A DNA stretch of 64,000 nt from Balanoglossus misakiensis (taxonomy: Eukaryota > Animalia > Hemichordata), in NCBI GenBank assembly GCA_040954595.2, contig CM082598.2, forward strand, positions 4,851,097 to 4,915,096, in the 5' to 3' direction. Under the pieces are notes generated by a model that ran no database searches, was not told the origin of the DNA, and worked only from the letters and a program-made list of their open reading frames with translations. The translations under genes were made by a program, and so were the position numbers. Of this stretch, positions 38,416 to 49,117 are shown in pieces (positions within the stretch are counted from its first letter, which is position 1; every line of letters begins with the position of its first letter).

Positions 38416-39855
38416 ATGCCGAGCGCGTTTGTAGCGATAGCGACCTCGCCCAGGTCAATTGGATCACGTGATGGGGGTAGTTCTGGCCGCTTTTATATCG
38501 AGACATCTTCACCTGAGGTGCGGTGCACATGTGCGTCGGGTCACAGCCGACCTTCCCTTCACATCTCGCGGCAAAAAATGGAGCCAGATATGGCAGTTAG
38601 TTTCCCTTCTTTGTACTCTGTTCTGAGGGACGCCGTGGACACGCTTGTTGAAGAGCTGTACACGGAAAAGGTGACGCATGAAGACTTCGTCGACAACAAC
38701 CATCATGGCGAGTTGAACTTTGAAACAATGGACACCACCAGGAAGTACGCAAGTTACAACGACTTGTACGGTGAGATACACAAGGCTTTGACCTCCATTT
38801 CGGACGCCTATTCGGACAATAAACTCAAGACGGAGACGAAGAAAGACCTGTTTGAAGACCCGGTTTACAGATGTGCCTACGTGTACTTGTATTTTGCCTC
38901 GCATTCACATCTGGTGAAGCGGTTTCTCATGGAGGGGTATTTGAACAGTGCTGAGTTCCGGAAGATTCTCGATCATGTGCTGCACAGCGGGATGTTCCTG
39001 AAGGCGTGTGCGGTGGGAGGTGGTCCAGGCACCGATATCATCGGCCTGATGTTGTTCCTCCGCCAGCTGGACATCTACAAGAAAGTGGAGATGACCCCGA
39101 GTGAGTTTAAATCGTCGCGACTGCGGAAGGAGGTCCCCTTGCAACAGGCGCGACCCCAGCATCCGCTTCGGAGGAATTTTGCGACACGAGCGATGCTGCC
39201 GTACCCGGCGCCGCCACGCCCCCGCGGCGGGGGGATCGGATGGGGAGGCCGCGTTCTCCGCGAGAGAAACGCCCCGGTCATGTACCAGAACTTCCCCGAA
39301 CCCCCCACCATCCCACCACCGAAGCCGGTGGCGACAAAACCCTGCCGGGTTCGCGCCATCGTCCTGGACAACTGCCGCAAGTGGTCGGAGACGTGCACCT
39401 CCACGTTCCCCATGCTGCGCCCCCTGTGGGGCAACCTGGCCGGCAACGTGGACAAAGTCGCCTACGGCCAGGCCGACTTCACCAGCCCGGGTTTCATCGA
39501 CACCGAGTGCACGGCGCTGGAGTTCGCCGATCTCGTCACCATGGTGAAAGTCGTGTCGGCCATCGCTGGGAACGAAGAAAACAGCGAAAAGGCCAGGGAA
39601 GCCATCTGGAGCATATTCTCCCGCCTCAAACCAGGGTGCCTTATACTCTTCATCGACAACTCGGGCGGGGGATCGACAGAGCTTGTAAAAGACGTCGCTC
39701 GCAGTGTAAGGTTAAAAGAGCTGTACAGTGCCCCAAACGTTGAATGTAAGGTTCCCAGTGGGGAAAATAAGTCTCCATTAAGCTTCTACCACGATAAATT
39801 TAACTACGTACCCCAGAGCAAGGCCAAAGTGACGGCAATAGTTTGGAGAAAATAA
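38416..39855 (+). CDS. Uncharacterised intronless class I SAM-dependent methyltransferase-like protein, paralog 1 (likely start 38578 or 38590)
   Basis: Long GC-rich ORF. Motifs PSLY, PVYRCAYVY, ACAVGGGPGTD (motif I), VLD, ADF, ADLVTMVKVVSA, LKPGCLILFIDN and IVWRK are shared with three downstream paralogs. Confidence 0.85.
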   Translation: MPSAFVAIATSPRSIGSRDGGSSGRFYIETSSPEVRCTCASGHSRPSLHISRQKMEPDMAVSFPSLYSVLRDAVDTLVEELYTEKVTHEDFVDNNHHGELNFETMDTTRKYASYNDLYGEIHKALTSISDAYSDNKLKTETKKDLFEDPVYRCAYVYLYFASHSHLVKRFLMEGYLNSAEFRKILDHVLHSGMFLKACAVGGGPGTDIIGLMLFLRQLDIYKKVEMTPSEFKSSRLRKEVPLQQARPQHPLRRNFATRAMLPYPAPPRPRGGGIGWGGRVLRERNAPVMYQNFPEPPTIPPPKPVATKPCRVRAIVLDNCRKWSETCTSTFPMLRPLWGNLAGNVDKVAYGQADFTSPGFIDTECTALEFADLVTMVKVVSAIAGNEENSEKAREAIWSIFSRLKPGCLILFIDNSGGGSTELVKDVARSVRLKELYSAPNVECKVPSGENKSPLSFYHDKFNYVPQSKAKVTAIVWRK

Positions 39856-40169
39856 TGTAAAAATTAGTACTAAATTCAGAAGCCCGGGAGATGATAAAGT
39901 TCCCACTGGGAAAAAAAATTATCCAATGCTAATTTATATAAAAGTCAAATACAGTTCATACAAAAGTTATATCGTTGATATTATTTTTATTATCGTAAAC
40001 TGGACAAACTTGTCCCAAATTTTTCGTGGAGATTTATGTAAATTAGCAATCTGATTAAAATTGCTACCTTAACAGCAAAGACCAAGCAAAGGTAGAGATA
40101 GCTGCTTCTGTTTACTGGAAACTTGGTGGCCACTTTGTTACTGTCCCTTACAATTTGCAAGTGCATTAT

Positions 40170-40354
40170 AGGTATACGGTCACCTATGCAAATTTAGCTA
40201 CAGTTACCATGGTAAATTGATATCTTACCAATCATAGATTTTCAGTGGGTGGCACACGCGAAAAAAAGAGCACCACCATATGTTCTTTAGAACGCTCAAA
40301 TACGCCATTTCAGCTATATATGGGTGAATGTAAATTGGAGGTGACTGTATACCT
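40170..40354. mobile_element. Kolobok/T2-like MITE, copy 3, nested in a mariner-type MITE fragment (~40125-40426)
   Basis: Same interior as 649-832. The two flanks join to give the right half of the 36360-36628 element. Confidence 0.75.
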
Positions 40355-41018
40355 TTTGGACCTGTCTGTAAGGGCCACCTGCCTACAAGGGCCAGCTTAG
40401 TGAAGTCCCTTGACTGGCCACTATAGAAGCTAACCGTTGTAACTATTTTTAGACACCATGTGTGTCTTGTGTACTGTGCATGCATGCATGTATGTGCGCG
40501 AGCATGCGTGTCCAGTGCCCACAGATAAATTTGTCGAAACTTGTCGTTCTGATAACTTGAAATTAGTTGAGTCTTCTCAAAATTATGAATCAAGAGAAAA
40601 CCGCGCTTTCATTTAGGGCATTTAATAGTTATAATTGAAAGCAGAAATATGTAGTACTGCAGCAAGGTTGACTTGTAAGACAAGAGTCTTGCTATATTCT
40701 TTACCAAAAATATGGCGTTATTGCATAAACAAATTTAGACTTTACGAGATTTGTCAATTTTCTAGTACTCTAGTGCTTCTGTAGTATGTATTGCAGATCA
40801 GATTTTGTTTTTTGTTAGACCTACATATGGGAATATTCTAAAACAGGCAAGTTTAGAAAATTTCCAAAATGTTAAGTTTATTTTCCAGTAGTCTCTTAGT
40901 GAACTAATGGTAAAAAATGCCAATTTCTTAGTTTTCTTCAAAATACAGTACAGGATCTTGCCAAGACTTTGTTGCTTTTTAGTTTATTAGTGTTGATAAT
41001 TACTAGAGTTTGCAGCTA

Positions 41019-41207
41019 CTGTAAAACACTTTATTTTCGCGAGTTAAAATTGTCGCGATATCGAGAGAGGCCACTGTTTCCGAGTATTAATTTTCGCGTT
41101 CTCTTATTTCATTCACTGCATCGTTATCTTCAAAAAAAATTACGCGACTTTTTATTTTCACACTATTTTGGCTCTTGTGTATTTTGCGAAAATAAAGTGT
41201 TTTACAG
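41019..41207. mobile_element. TA-flanked Tc1/mariner-type MITE
   Basis: TA-CTGTAAAACACTTTATTTTCGC...GCGAAAATAAAGTGTTTTACAG-TA. Confidence 0.8.
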
Positions 41208-43194
41208 TATTTTCAGTGTCACTAGTGCCAGCCAGCAGTCTTACCTTCTTAAAGTGAGATTTGTTTATTTTTCGACCAAAGGTGACAATTCTTCATTCCA
41301 GTCAGCCAGGCGATATCCACTTTCAGCTGTTGTAAGGTAGTATGCCCTCTGAATGAAGCATGAGAAAAAAATTCAGCTTTTGATTTTGGAGTTGTGTACT
41401 ACAATTTACATTGAAATTTCTCAAGTGCCATTATTTAACTTTTCCTGTTTTGTTGACATGTTTGACTATTTTTGTTGTTTTCAGTGCCAGTAACCTTTAC
41501 AACTTCATGGACATGTATTGTAAAATTTATTTAGAAATGTCATGCACACAGCAGTACTATTCCATTCATTGCATTCCGGTTGTTTGACGTGTCTGTGAAA
41601 AATACAAACCAAACAAATTTTAAAGTAAATTACTAGTATTTGAAAAAAAGGGTTTCCCTTCATGTAATTTTCAGGAAATGAAAGTTTGATTTTCAACCTC
41701 AATATGACCATAATTCACCATATCAGAAAAATCATAAATATGTCTTCATACATTCTTCTATATAAATGTTATACAGTATGTTTTTTGTTTTTGAAATATT
41801 TTCTCTACATTATTTTCTGAGCTGTGCAACTCTGCGGGCATTATCTAGGTTGTTTACCCTTCTACTTAACTTTAGTTTTGCTCAGTGTATGCAAATTGCA
41901 AGCAATTTAAATTACGAGCAAATTGTTCAATGTACAAGTTAGGAATTTGAAACTTTATATTGATAACCACAACTCAAAACATCATTAAAATGTTTTCCAT
42001 TAATCAACAACTCTATGATAACTTTGAAAAAAAAACTATAATACCAAAGTGTCTTTGAAAGATTTACAGTTGCGAAATTAAAATCTGATTGATTTTCAAT
42101 TGAATCTATGCCTTATGAAAACATATCCCTTTCTGATTGTGCCTGTATCTAATTATCAATGTTTGGCACTGTTATGTTCATGGAAAATTTAAATTATTAA
42201 AGCCTAATGCTTCCAAATGAATAACCCTCTGTCTCTGTCTGTCTGTCTGTCTGCCTACTGGTCTGTTATTATGTGTGTTGTCTGCAGAAATTGCATTTTT
42301 GCACGACAAGAATGATCGATTGATTCAAATAAATACAAATATGCTGATACCAGGAAGCGATTATGAATGAAGGATTCGCCACTTGAGGCGCCCTTTATGA
42401 AAAGCGCCACCGCACGACAATACTGCAGATTCTTTTGTATCGAGTACATGTACATGTACTTAGGGGACCTTTATGTGATTAGCATATAACTGCACATGTC
42501 ATTTGCATATATAACTGTACATGTATTCCATGCACAAAATGTGGCAAACGGAAACGGTCGATATACAGCAACAATTACAGGTTTTTTTGAAGATCTACCT
42601 TCTTGTTGGGATTGTTTACGTCAAGTTAAGGTTAGTACACATATAGTTTTGCGAATTATATTTTAAAATATCGAGTGTATGCTAAATTTTATTCTTGGCG
42701 CCGCTCGATGTCGTATTGTGTCGTCTGCTATGGGCCTTGTTGTATTACCATGATTTTTTTTCTGTTTTCGTAGGAGATTCCGACTCGACCGGGACCACGC
42801 TAGCTCCTGGAGTGTTGAGAAAATATGAGCGAACACACGCTGCCATTACATGTAAGTGTCTCGGAGTATATTCTTGTTATATTATAGCATTCCTGTATTT
42901 TCATTTTCACCTTGAGGAAATGCCTCAGCGATTCATCATTCCGCGCCTATTGTTACTTGTGTACGTTTGGCAAAGCCATTCGTCCACTAACTCCTCAAAC
43001 AGACGCGAGAATTTGTTTGACCTATGAGGATAGACCTTTATTTAGAGGTGTTAAGCATTGAGTAAACCCCTGGTCAGTCGCTATGCCCCCGGAAACACTG
43101 GGCCGACCAAAAGCACGCCAAATATTACGCCACCGCAAACGTCAAGCTCACAATCGTTGAGCGCGTCCAACCTTTAGCGCGACCGGTACAATTC

Positions 43195-43296
43195 CGATTG
43201 GCGCGCCGTCACTAATGACGCTGATGATGACCAATCAGAAGGCGAGCAACAGGTGCTACATTTATGCGCGAAATTAAAACAACCACTGGTTTGAAA
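43195..43296 (+). promoter_or_regulatory. Putative proximal promoter of paralog 2 (two CCAAT boxes, E2F-like and CHR-like motifs)
   Basis: ATTGG 43197-43201, CCAAT 43231-43235, GCGCGAAA 43266-43273 and TTTGAA 43290-43295, all about 110-210 bp upstream of the ATG. Confidence 0.4.
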
Positions 43297-43408
43297 TAAC
43301 CAAACATTTAGAAAAGTGTCTTCTTCGAGAACGGTGCTCAACGTACTCGCTCGTTGTGGGCACAGGATCGCTCATATTTTCCCGTGAATACGGCAGCAAA
43401 ACCGCGCC

Positions 43409-44656
43409 ATGGCACTCCCCGCTGTACCGTCGCTGTATCAATTGACAAAAGTTGTCATGGATAACTTGGTAGCCGAAATGTTGAACGACGACACGACCAC
43501 CGTGGATAGCGACTATGATCTGTGGAGGAACGAAGCCCGCTGTTTTTTAAACGTCTGCCGCAAAACCGAACGACTCATCAAGGAAATCGGCGACGCCTTG
43601 CTGGATATATCGTCGGCGTATTCCGAAGAACAGCTGAAAAACCCGCGGAAGGACCTGTTTCTGAGCCCCGTGTATCGATGCGCGTACGTCTATCGCTATT
43701 TTGTGTCACATGCTTATATACTGAAACGGTTTTTCTTGGAAGCCTACCAGCGGAACCAAAACTTTGGCAGGTATTTCGATCGCCTGCTGGACAGGGGAGA
43801 AATTCGCCTGTGCATGATCGGGGGAGGGCCGGGGACTGATGTAGCGGGACTCATGTTGTTTCTCCACGGGAAGAAACTGCTCCCTCGGTACGACGCGGTT
43901 CCCCCGTACAGATGTCCCCCTTTTCAGATGACCATCCCGAAAAAGTTTGACTTTCTTGGCAGGGATTCGGGGCCCTGGAATGCGTGTGCTTCGTATCCTC
44001 GTGTCTTCGTCTTCGGTCACCACCACCAGCAGCAGCGAGTACCGCGCCCCGATGTTCCGCAGCAAATGAGCCCGTTGCACACAGTCCGTTACCTGCCGCG
44101 AGTGCGTCCACCGGCGCCGCCGAAGCGTGTTCTCATCCGACCCGCTGTACTCGACAGCTGCCCGCAATGGAAACGCACCGCCGACATCATCTTCGAAACG
44201 TACCAGCAAAGCACTCGAAGTCTCGTCTGTACGCTGCAGCGAATCGCCTACAGTCGCATCGACTTCGCGCGGGCGGATTGCGCGAACCAGTCGGGCGGAG
44301 AGATCCACCACGCAGACTTGGTCACCATGGTGAAGGTGGTCTCCGCCATGGCCGGCGATGAAAGCCGCCGCGCCGTGGCGCTGCAGTCGCTCACCGCCAT
44401 CTTCCAGAAAATGAAACCTGGCGCGTTGCTCTTCTACATGGACAATGCCGGGGGCGGGTACACTCGCCTGGTGGACAAAGCCGCGGTAAGCTGTGACCTG
44501 GTTGAACTCTATCGCGACGAGCACCGGGAATGTTTCATACCTGTCCACGAGAAGATAGAGTTTCTCGCCCCGTACAGGACGCTTTTCAAAGCGAACCCCC
44601 AGCGACGTGCTAGCGTCAGCGTCGTATTGTGGCTAAAACCAATCCCCTGGTATTAA
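43409..44656 (+). CDS. Intronless SAM methyltransferase-like protein, paralog 2
   Basis: Kozak-like GCCATGG start; LCMIGGGPGTD, ADLVTMVKVVSA and MKPGALLFYMDNAGGG; AATAAA at ~44893. Confidence 0.88.
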   Translation: MALPAVPSLYQLTKVVMDNLVAEMLNDDTTTVDSDYDLWRNEARCFLNVCRKTERLIKEIGDALLDISSAYSEEQLKNPRKDLFLSPVYRCAYVYRYFVSHAYILKRFFLEAYQRNQNFGRYFDRLLDRGEIRLCMIGGGPGTDVAGLMLFLHGKKLLPRYDAVPPYRCPPFQMTIPKKFDFLGRDSGPWNACASYPRVFVFGHHHQQQRVPRPDVPQQMSPLHTVRYLPRVRPPAPPKRVLIRPAVLDSCPQWKRTADIIFETYQQSTRSLVCTLQRIAYSRIDFARADCANQSGGEIHHADLVTMVKVVSAMAGDESRRAVALQSLTAIFQKMKPGALLFYMDNAGGGYTRLVDKAAVSCDLVELYRDEHRECFIPVHEKIEFLAPYRTLFKANPQRRASVSVVLWLKPIPWY

Positions 44657-46662
44657 TTAAGGGAACTGCAATTTTGAGACGCGCGGCAACCTTTTAAAAT
44701 TGTGAATATGATGTATATATGCCAACTAAATGCTGGTGGACCAAGCAGTTGATAACTGCACTAGTTGACAAAAAATTACACATTCGAATCAGTATCAGAG
44801 TTATATCAAACACCAATTTTAAATGTTCTGACAGTTTTTATGTTTTATACTTAATGTAAATATTTATTATTGAACAGTACTTTTGTAATTAAAATAAAGA
44901 CGTTGATTTTTATGATTTTATTGTCTCGCCTTTTTCATCCAGTTTGAAGCGCCAGTAAATCTGACTGATCGAACTGTAGGATATTTTCTCAGTATTTTTG
45001 TTTTGGTATCAACTCTGGTTTCTTGGTCTACATAAATAAACATTATTGCCTAGTATCTGGATAATCAACACAGCCCTTAGTAGTAATCACCACATAGCAA
45101 CTGATTTGCTAGGGGTGACCAGTGCCCCTTAAATGATGTCACTGACAAATTTGAGATAATACAGCCCCCCCCCGTGCTTGAGTGGAATCCCCCTTGGCTA
45201 GGGGGGGGGGGGCAATCATCTCCCCTAGGCCTGTTGATGCTATCCTGGATGGAACACTGTACATGTATAAGGTGTGTGCATACTAAGATGTTGTCTTGTC
45301 TTTTAGGTGTGGAGGAGACCGTGCCAGACCCACTCTTTTGGCCGGCAACCTTGGTAATTTCCACCGGAGAGGAGTACGAAGATATCCGTATGTGAGATCA
45401 ACGAGATGAGGTCAGTCATTATAGGATTTTGTTTTTTTAGCCAGTCACTGCTGCGATAGCTTGGCGAAATTATGATTTTCACACATGGACGCATGGGGGC
45501 GTTGTGATGACCCACTGGTGCGATAGTTTCAAGTTGGCGAAATAATAATTTTCACTTATGGACGCGTGGGGGCGTTCTGATGGTCAAGGTGCTGATTTCC
45601 GACCCTAAAGGATATTTTGTTTAACAAAGTTTGAAAGTACTGTGATAATAGTGGTCTGTATGTATTGATATGTGTTCTGACGGGCTACACACCACAAGTC
45701 CTACCAGTTGTCCCTAACACCTTGGTACGTTCGCTTCTCAGCTCGTTGCCAATATGATACAAATGCCAGTAAATGTAAGCATTCTCACAAAAGTATATCC
45801 AAGCTTAGTGTGTTAGTCGACGTGTTCGTTCTCAGGCCCATCCCAATCGCAGTTACTGTAGACAAAGGTCATCATGAACTTTAGACTCAATTACTCCGAA
45901 AATAATTCACAATAGCGGTTCCGGGTATGCGTAGCTCTATCGGTTCACGTGGTTTCTATGAACTGGCGAAAACGAAAGAAATTACGCATTGTAAAAACCC
46001 CACACAGCTGATACTCCTAGTTGACAAAGGACGCGTTTATACCAAGAAATGGGTTAATATAAAACATAATGTAGGACGTGTTATAGTTTTATGCATGTTT
46101 TGCGTTGACGTTTGATGACGTGACGTCAGAAGCAAGCGGTTCACCACTGAACCTTGCTCAGCATGCGCATGCCCAGTTCGAAGGTCGGGTCGCCTTAAAG
46201 TTGTCCGGTGTGACACGGGTTGTGTAGTTGCGTTTGACAACCTGTGTTGGAACAATCACATGATAGACAACACAGCCCACGATCGCGACCGTGCAGTCGG
46301 ACGCCAGATGTGTGGTACGTTTGACGCGATATCCGCGTAGGAATGACTGCACTGGTGAACATTACCGTGAACTGAAACTGCAGATATCGATCACCTTTGT
46401 CTTATATGAGCATAGTGGACAAATCCGGAAGGTGATACATTGACATAACAGCTCATAACTCTATATACCCCCTTGTCTGAGTCACGCTTATTTTACGGGG
46501 TCCGACACTCATAAGATCTGACCAGGAGGACAAAACGAAAGTAACGTATCATATATTTTAATATAAGCGGAACGTTAACAGACCGGACAACTTTTGATAC
46601 ACCAGACTGCTTGGGAGATAGTCCAATTCTACGGTATCAGAAACCAGGTATCTCAGGATATA

Positions 46663-47907
46663 ATGAATACTCACAACCAACCATCCCTGTATATGCTGAG
46701 CGGACAGGTCGTGAACAACCTCATAAATGAAATGGTGAACGACAGAACAACACATGCGATCAGCGACATCGACTTGATTTCCTACAACGGTCCTCACCCT
46801 ACCAGAGTCGTCAACTTCGACAAGAAACGAAAGAGAGTCATCCAAGCAATCATTCACGCGCTGGAAGATATTTCCAAGGCGTATTCTGTCCGGGAACTTA
46901 AGGAACACCCGCGGTTGGATCTGTTCCTCAGCCCCGTGTACCGATGCGCTTACACCTATCGCTGTTTCGTGTCGCACGCTGACATGATGAAACAGTTTCT
47001 ACTTGAGGCGCTTCTGGGCAGCGTGCAATTCCGTGAGCGGTGTCTCCGGCTTCTTGACAAATATGAATTGCGTCTCTGTGCGATTGGAGGCGGGCCTGGC
47101 ACCGATATCTTGGGGTTCATGTTGTTCCTGAACTCGCAGTTCAAGCCTGTCAGTCCGAACTCATCCAATAACATGCCTTCTGGGACCACTTCGGACAATC
47201 GTCCGTTACTGCCGTCCCCTTACGGGGCGGCGTTGCCTGCTCAACCGAGGCTACTGTACAACAGCAGTGCATCCAACACTGGTCCCCGTCTTCCGTCGTG
47301 TCCCCGACCGGCAGTCGTCCACAAACCGCCAGTGAAAATCCTAGCCTACGTGCTCGACAGCTGCCACGGCTGGCATGAAACCGCCAAAGTCATCTTTCAA
47401 ACGTACCAGTCCAGCATACAGGACCAAAATGATGTCTGCAAACTCAGTCACTTGATGTACCACTACACCAGTTTCACTGCTGAAAACTTCGCCTGGCAAT
47501 ACCTTCCCGCCGTTCAGAACGCCGACGTGGTCACCATGGTGAAGGCCATCTCCGCGATGGCGGGTCACGGGGCCGTCTGCGCGCGGACGCGTCGGTCCCT
47601 GTGGAGCATCTTCGGGCGAATGAAACCGGGCGCGCTGGCCTTCTACCTGGACAACGCCGGCGGTGGGTACACCGAGCTGGTTGATGCAGCGGCAGCGATG
47701 TGTGGAATGCAAGTGTTGTATCGTGATGAGCATAGAATGTGCAACATCTCCAACCGAGAGAACAGCGCGTATCTCGCGTCCCTGTTCAAACAAGTGCCGC
47801 AAATCCACGCACGGGTCAGCGTCATCATTTGGTGGAAGCCATGGCCTGCAGTGTTCCAAGACAATCTATCAACGGCGATTCATCGAATTAACAACATGCG
47901 AATCTAG
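46663..47907 (+). CDS. Intronless SAM methyltransferase-like protein, paralog 3
   Basis: ATG at 46663 aligns with the paralogs (MNTHNQPSLY). TATA-like ATATAAG at ~46561; LCAIGGGPGTD, ADVVTMVKAISA and MKPGALAFYLDNAGGG. Confidence 0.88.
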   Translation: MNTHNQPSLYMLSGQVVNNLINEMVNDRTTHAISDIDLISYNGPHPTRVVNFDKKRKRVIQAIIHALEDISKAYSVRELKEHPRLDLFLSPVYRCAYTYRCFVSHADMMKQFLLEALLGSVQFRERCLRLLDKYELRLCAIGGGPGTDILGFMLFLNSQFKPVSPNSSNNMPSGTTSDNRPLLPSPYGAALPAQPRLLYNSSASNTGPRLPSCPRPAVVHKPPVKILAYVLDSCHGWHETAKVIFQTYQSSIQDQNDVCKLSHLMYHYTSFTAENFAWQYLPAVQNADVVTMVKAISAMAGHGAVCARTRRSLWSIFGRMKPGALAFYLDNAGGGYTELVDAAAAMCGMQVLYRDEHRMCNISNRENSAYLASLFKQVPQIHARVSVIIWWKPWPAVFQDNLSTAIHRINNMRI

Positions 47908-49117
47908 TGATTTAGTTTGATTCAACACTGTGATAATTCAAGAGTACATGTATAAATGTCCATTTATTGAGTCAAATTACAATTTTAGCCAAATCGTTTG
48001 TATTATTCTGACGTTAATTATAATTATTATAGAAAAAACCTGACCTACCATTAAAATTATCTTTATATACCTTCACGTATCCACGTGACACTCTCTTTTT
48101 ATGCATATCCACAGACTGCTCGTCTTATCACCCTCCCCCAAACTTTAAAGCTCAATTAGATGTGTCTTTTCGCTGTGTTTTCATTATTCTTGTTTTCTAT
48201 ATCTACTGCAGTTTCTTGTTCAACTGCCCGAAGCATTGCGACATGTGTGTCATGAATCAGCAGTGTTCTTTGTGCAAAATCATATTGCGCAAGAAGGCCA
48301 TCACAGATGCTCTGAGCGATTAAACATGTTCAATTCGTACAAGTACTAAACGTGTGTCGATAACGAAAGTGTTCTTTTATTATCAAGTAAATGAAATCTT
48401 ACATAGCGTCTCGAACGATTCCGAAGCTGGTATGTGTCATAAGTCATAATATTCCCTATTAGTCATTTAATAATACAATCAGTATTGGGGACACGCTTAT
48501 CTTAACCAGAAATCGATCCAGCGTCGCGGTCGGACAATTCGGAGAACAGACTAAATCAAAAGTTCGCAGAAAATTCAGTGGGTTCTCAGAAGTTAAGGAG
48601 GGTGGTGGCGTATAAAACGAAATGCAACCAGGTGTACTCAGCTATGTCCCATGCCATCTTCACCGTGACCGTTATTCTTCTGATCATGTGTACACGTTGA
48701 AAAACCTTGTATAGACAGTGAGTATAAAACTTTAAATATCCGCAGTGATTTACGCGACTCTCTATCGCTTATCCGTTATTTGCTGGGAATCTTTTTCATC
48801 CGATAAATCTCCCAGACCCTCCCCGGGGTATCAAATGACCAGCCCCTTATTTTGAATATTGATAAATTTGTCGTGGCCATACATGCAGTCAACACCGAGA
48901 ATATAGGTTGGGTCATATACAAATGCGGAAGCTGGTCACGCCTACAAGGTTGATAAGGGATGGTGTAGTATAATTACGTTTAACTCGTGATCAACAGGTA
49001 TCATACGTATACTAGTATAAGTAACACACTACGAAGAGGTACGTCACTCTGCATTTGTACAATAACGCGTCCAATATATCGGGCCGGTAAATACGTATTA
49101 ACACGGACTAACATATA

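Noticed and set aside
38416-38577. N-terminal extension of paralog 1 (and the TTG-start extension of paralog 3 at 46594-46662)
   Set aside because: No similarity to the other paralogs, whose homology starts at the PSLY motif; probably 5' UTR.
43706-44548. 280-aa antisense ORF and similar overlapping ORFs in the array and in FJX1
   Set aside because: Expected shadows of GC-rich coding sequence, with no recognisable motifs.
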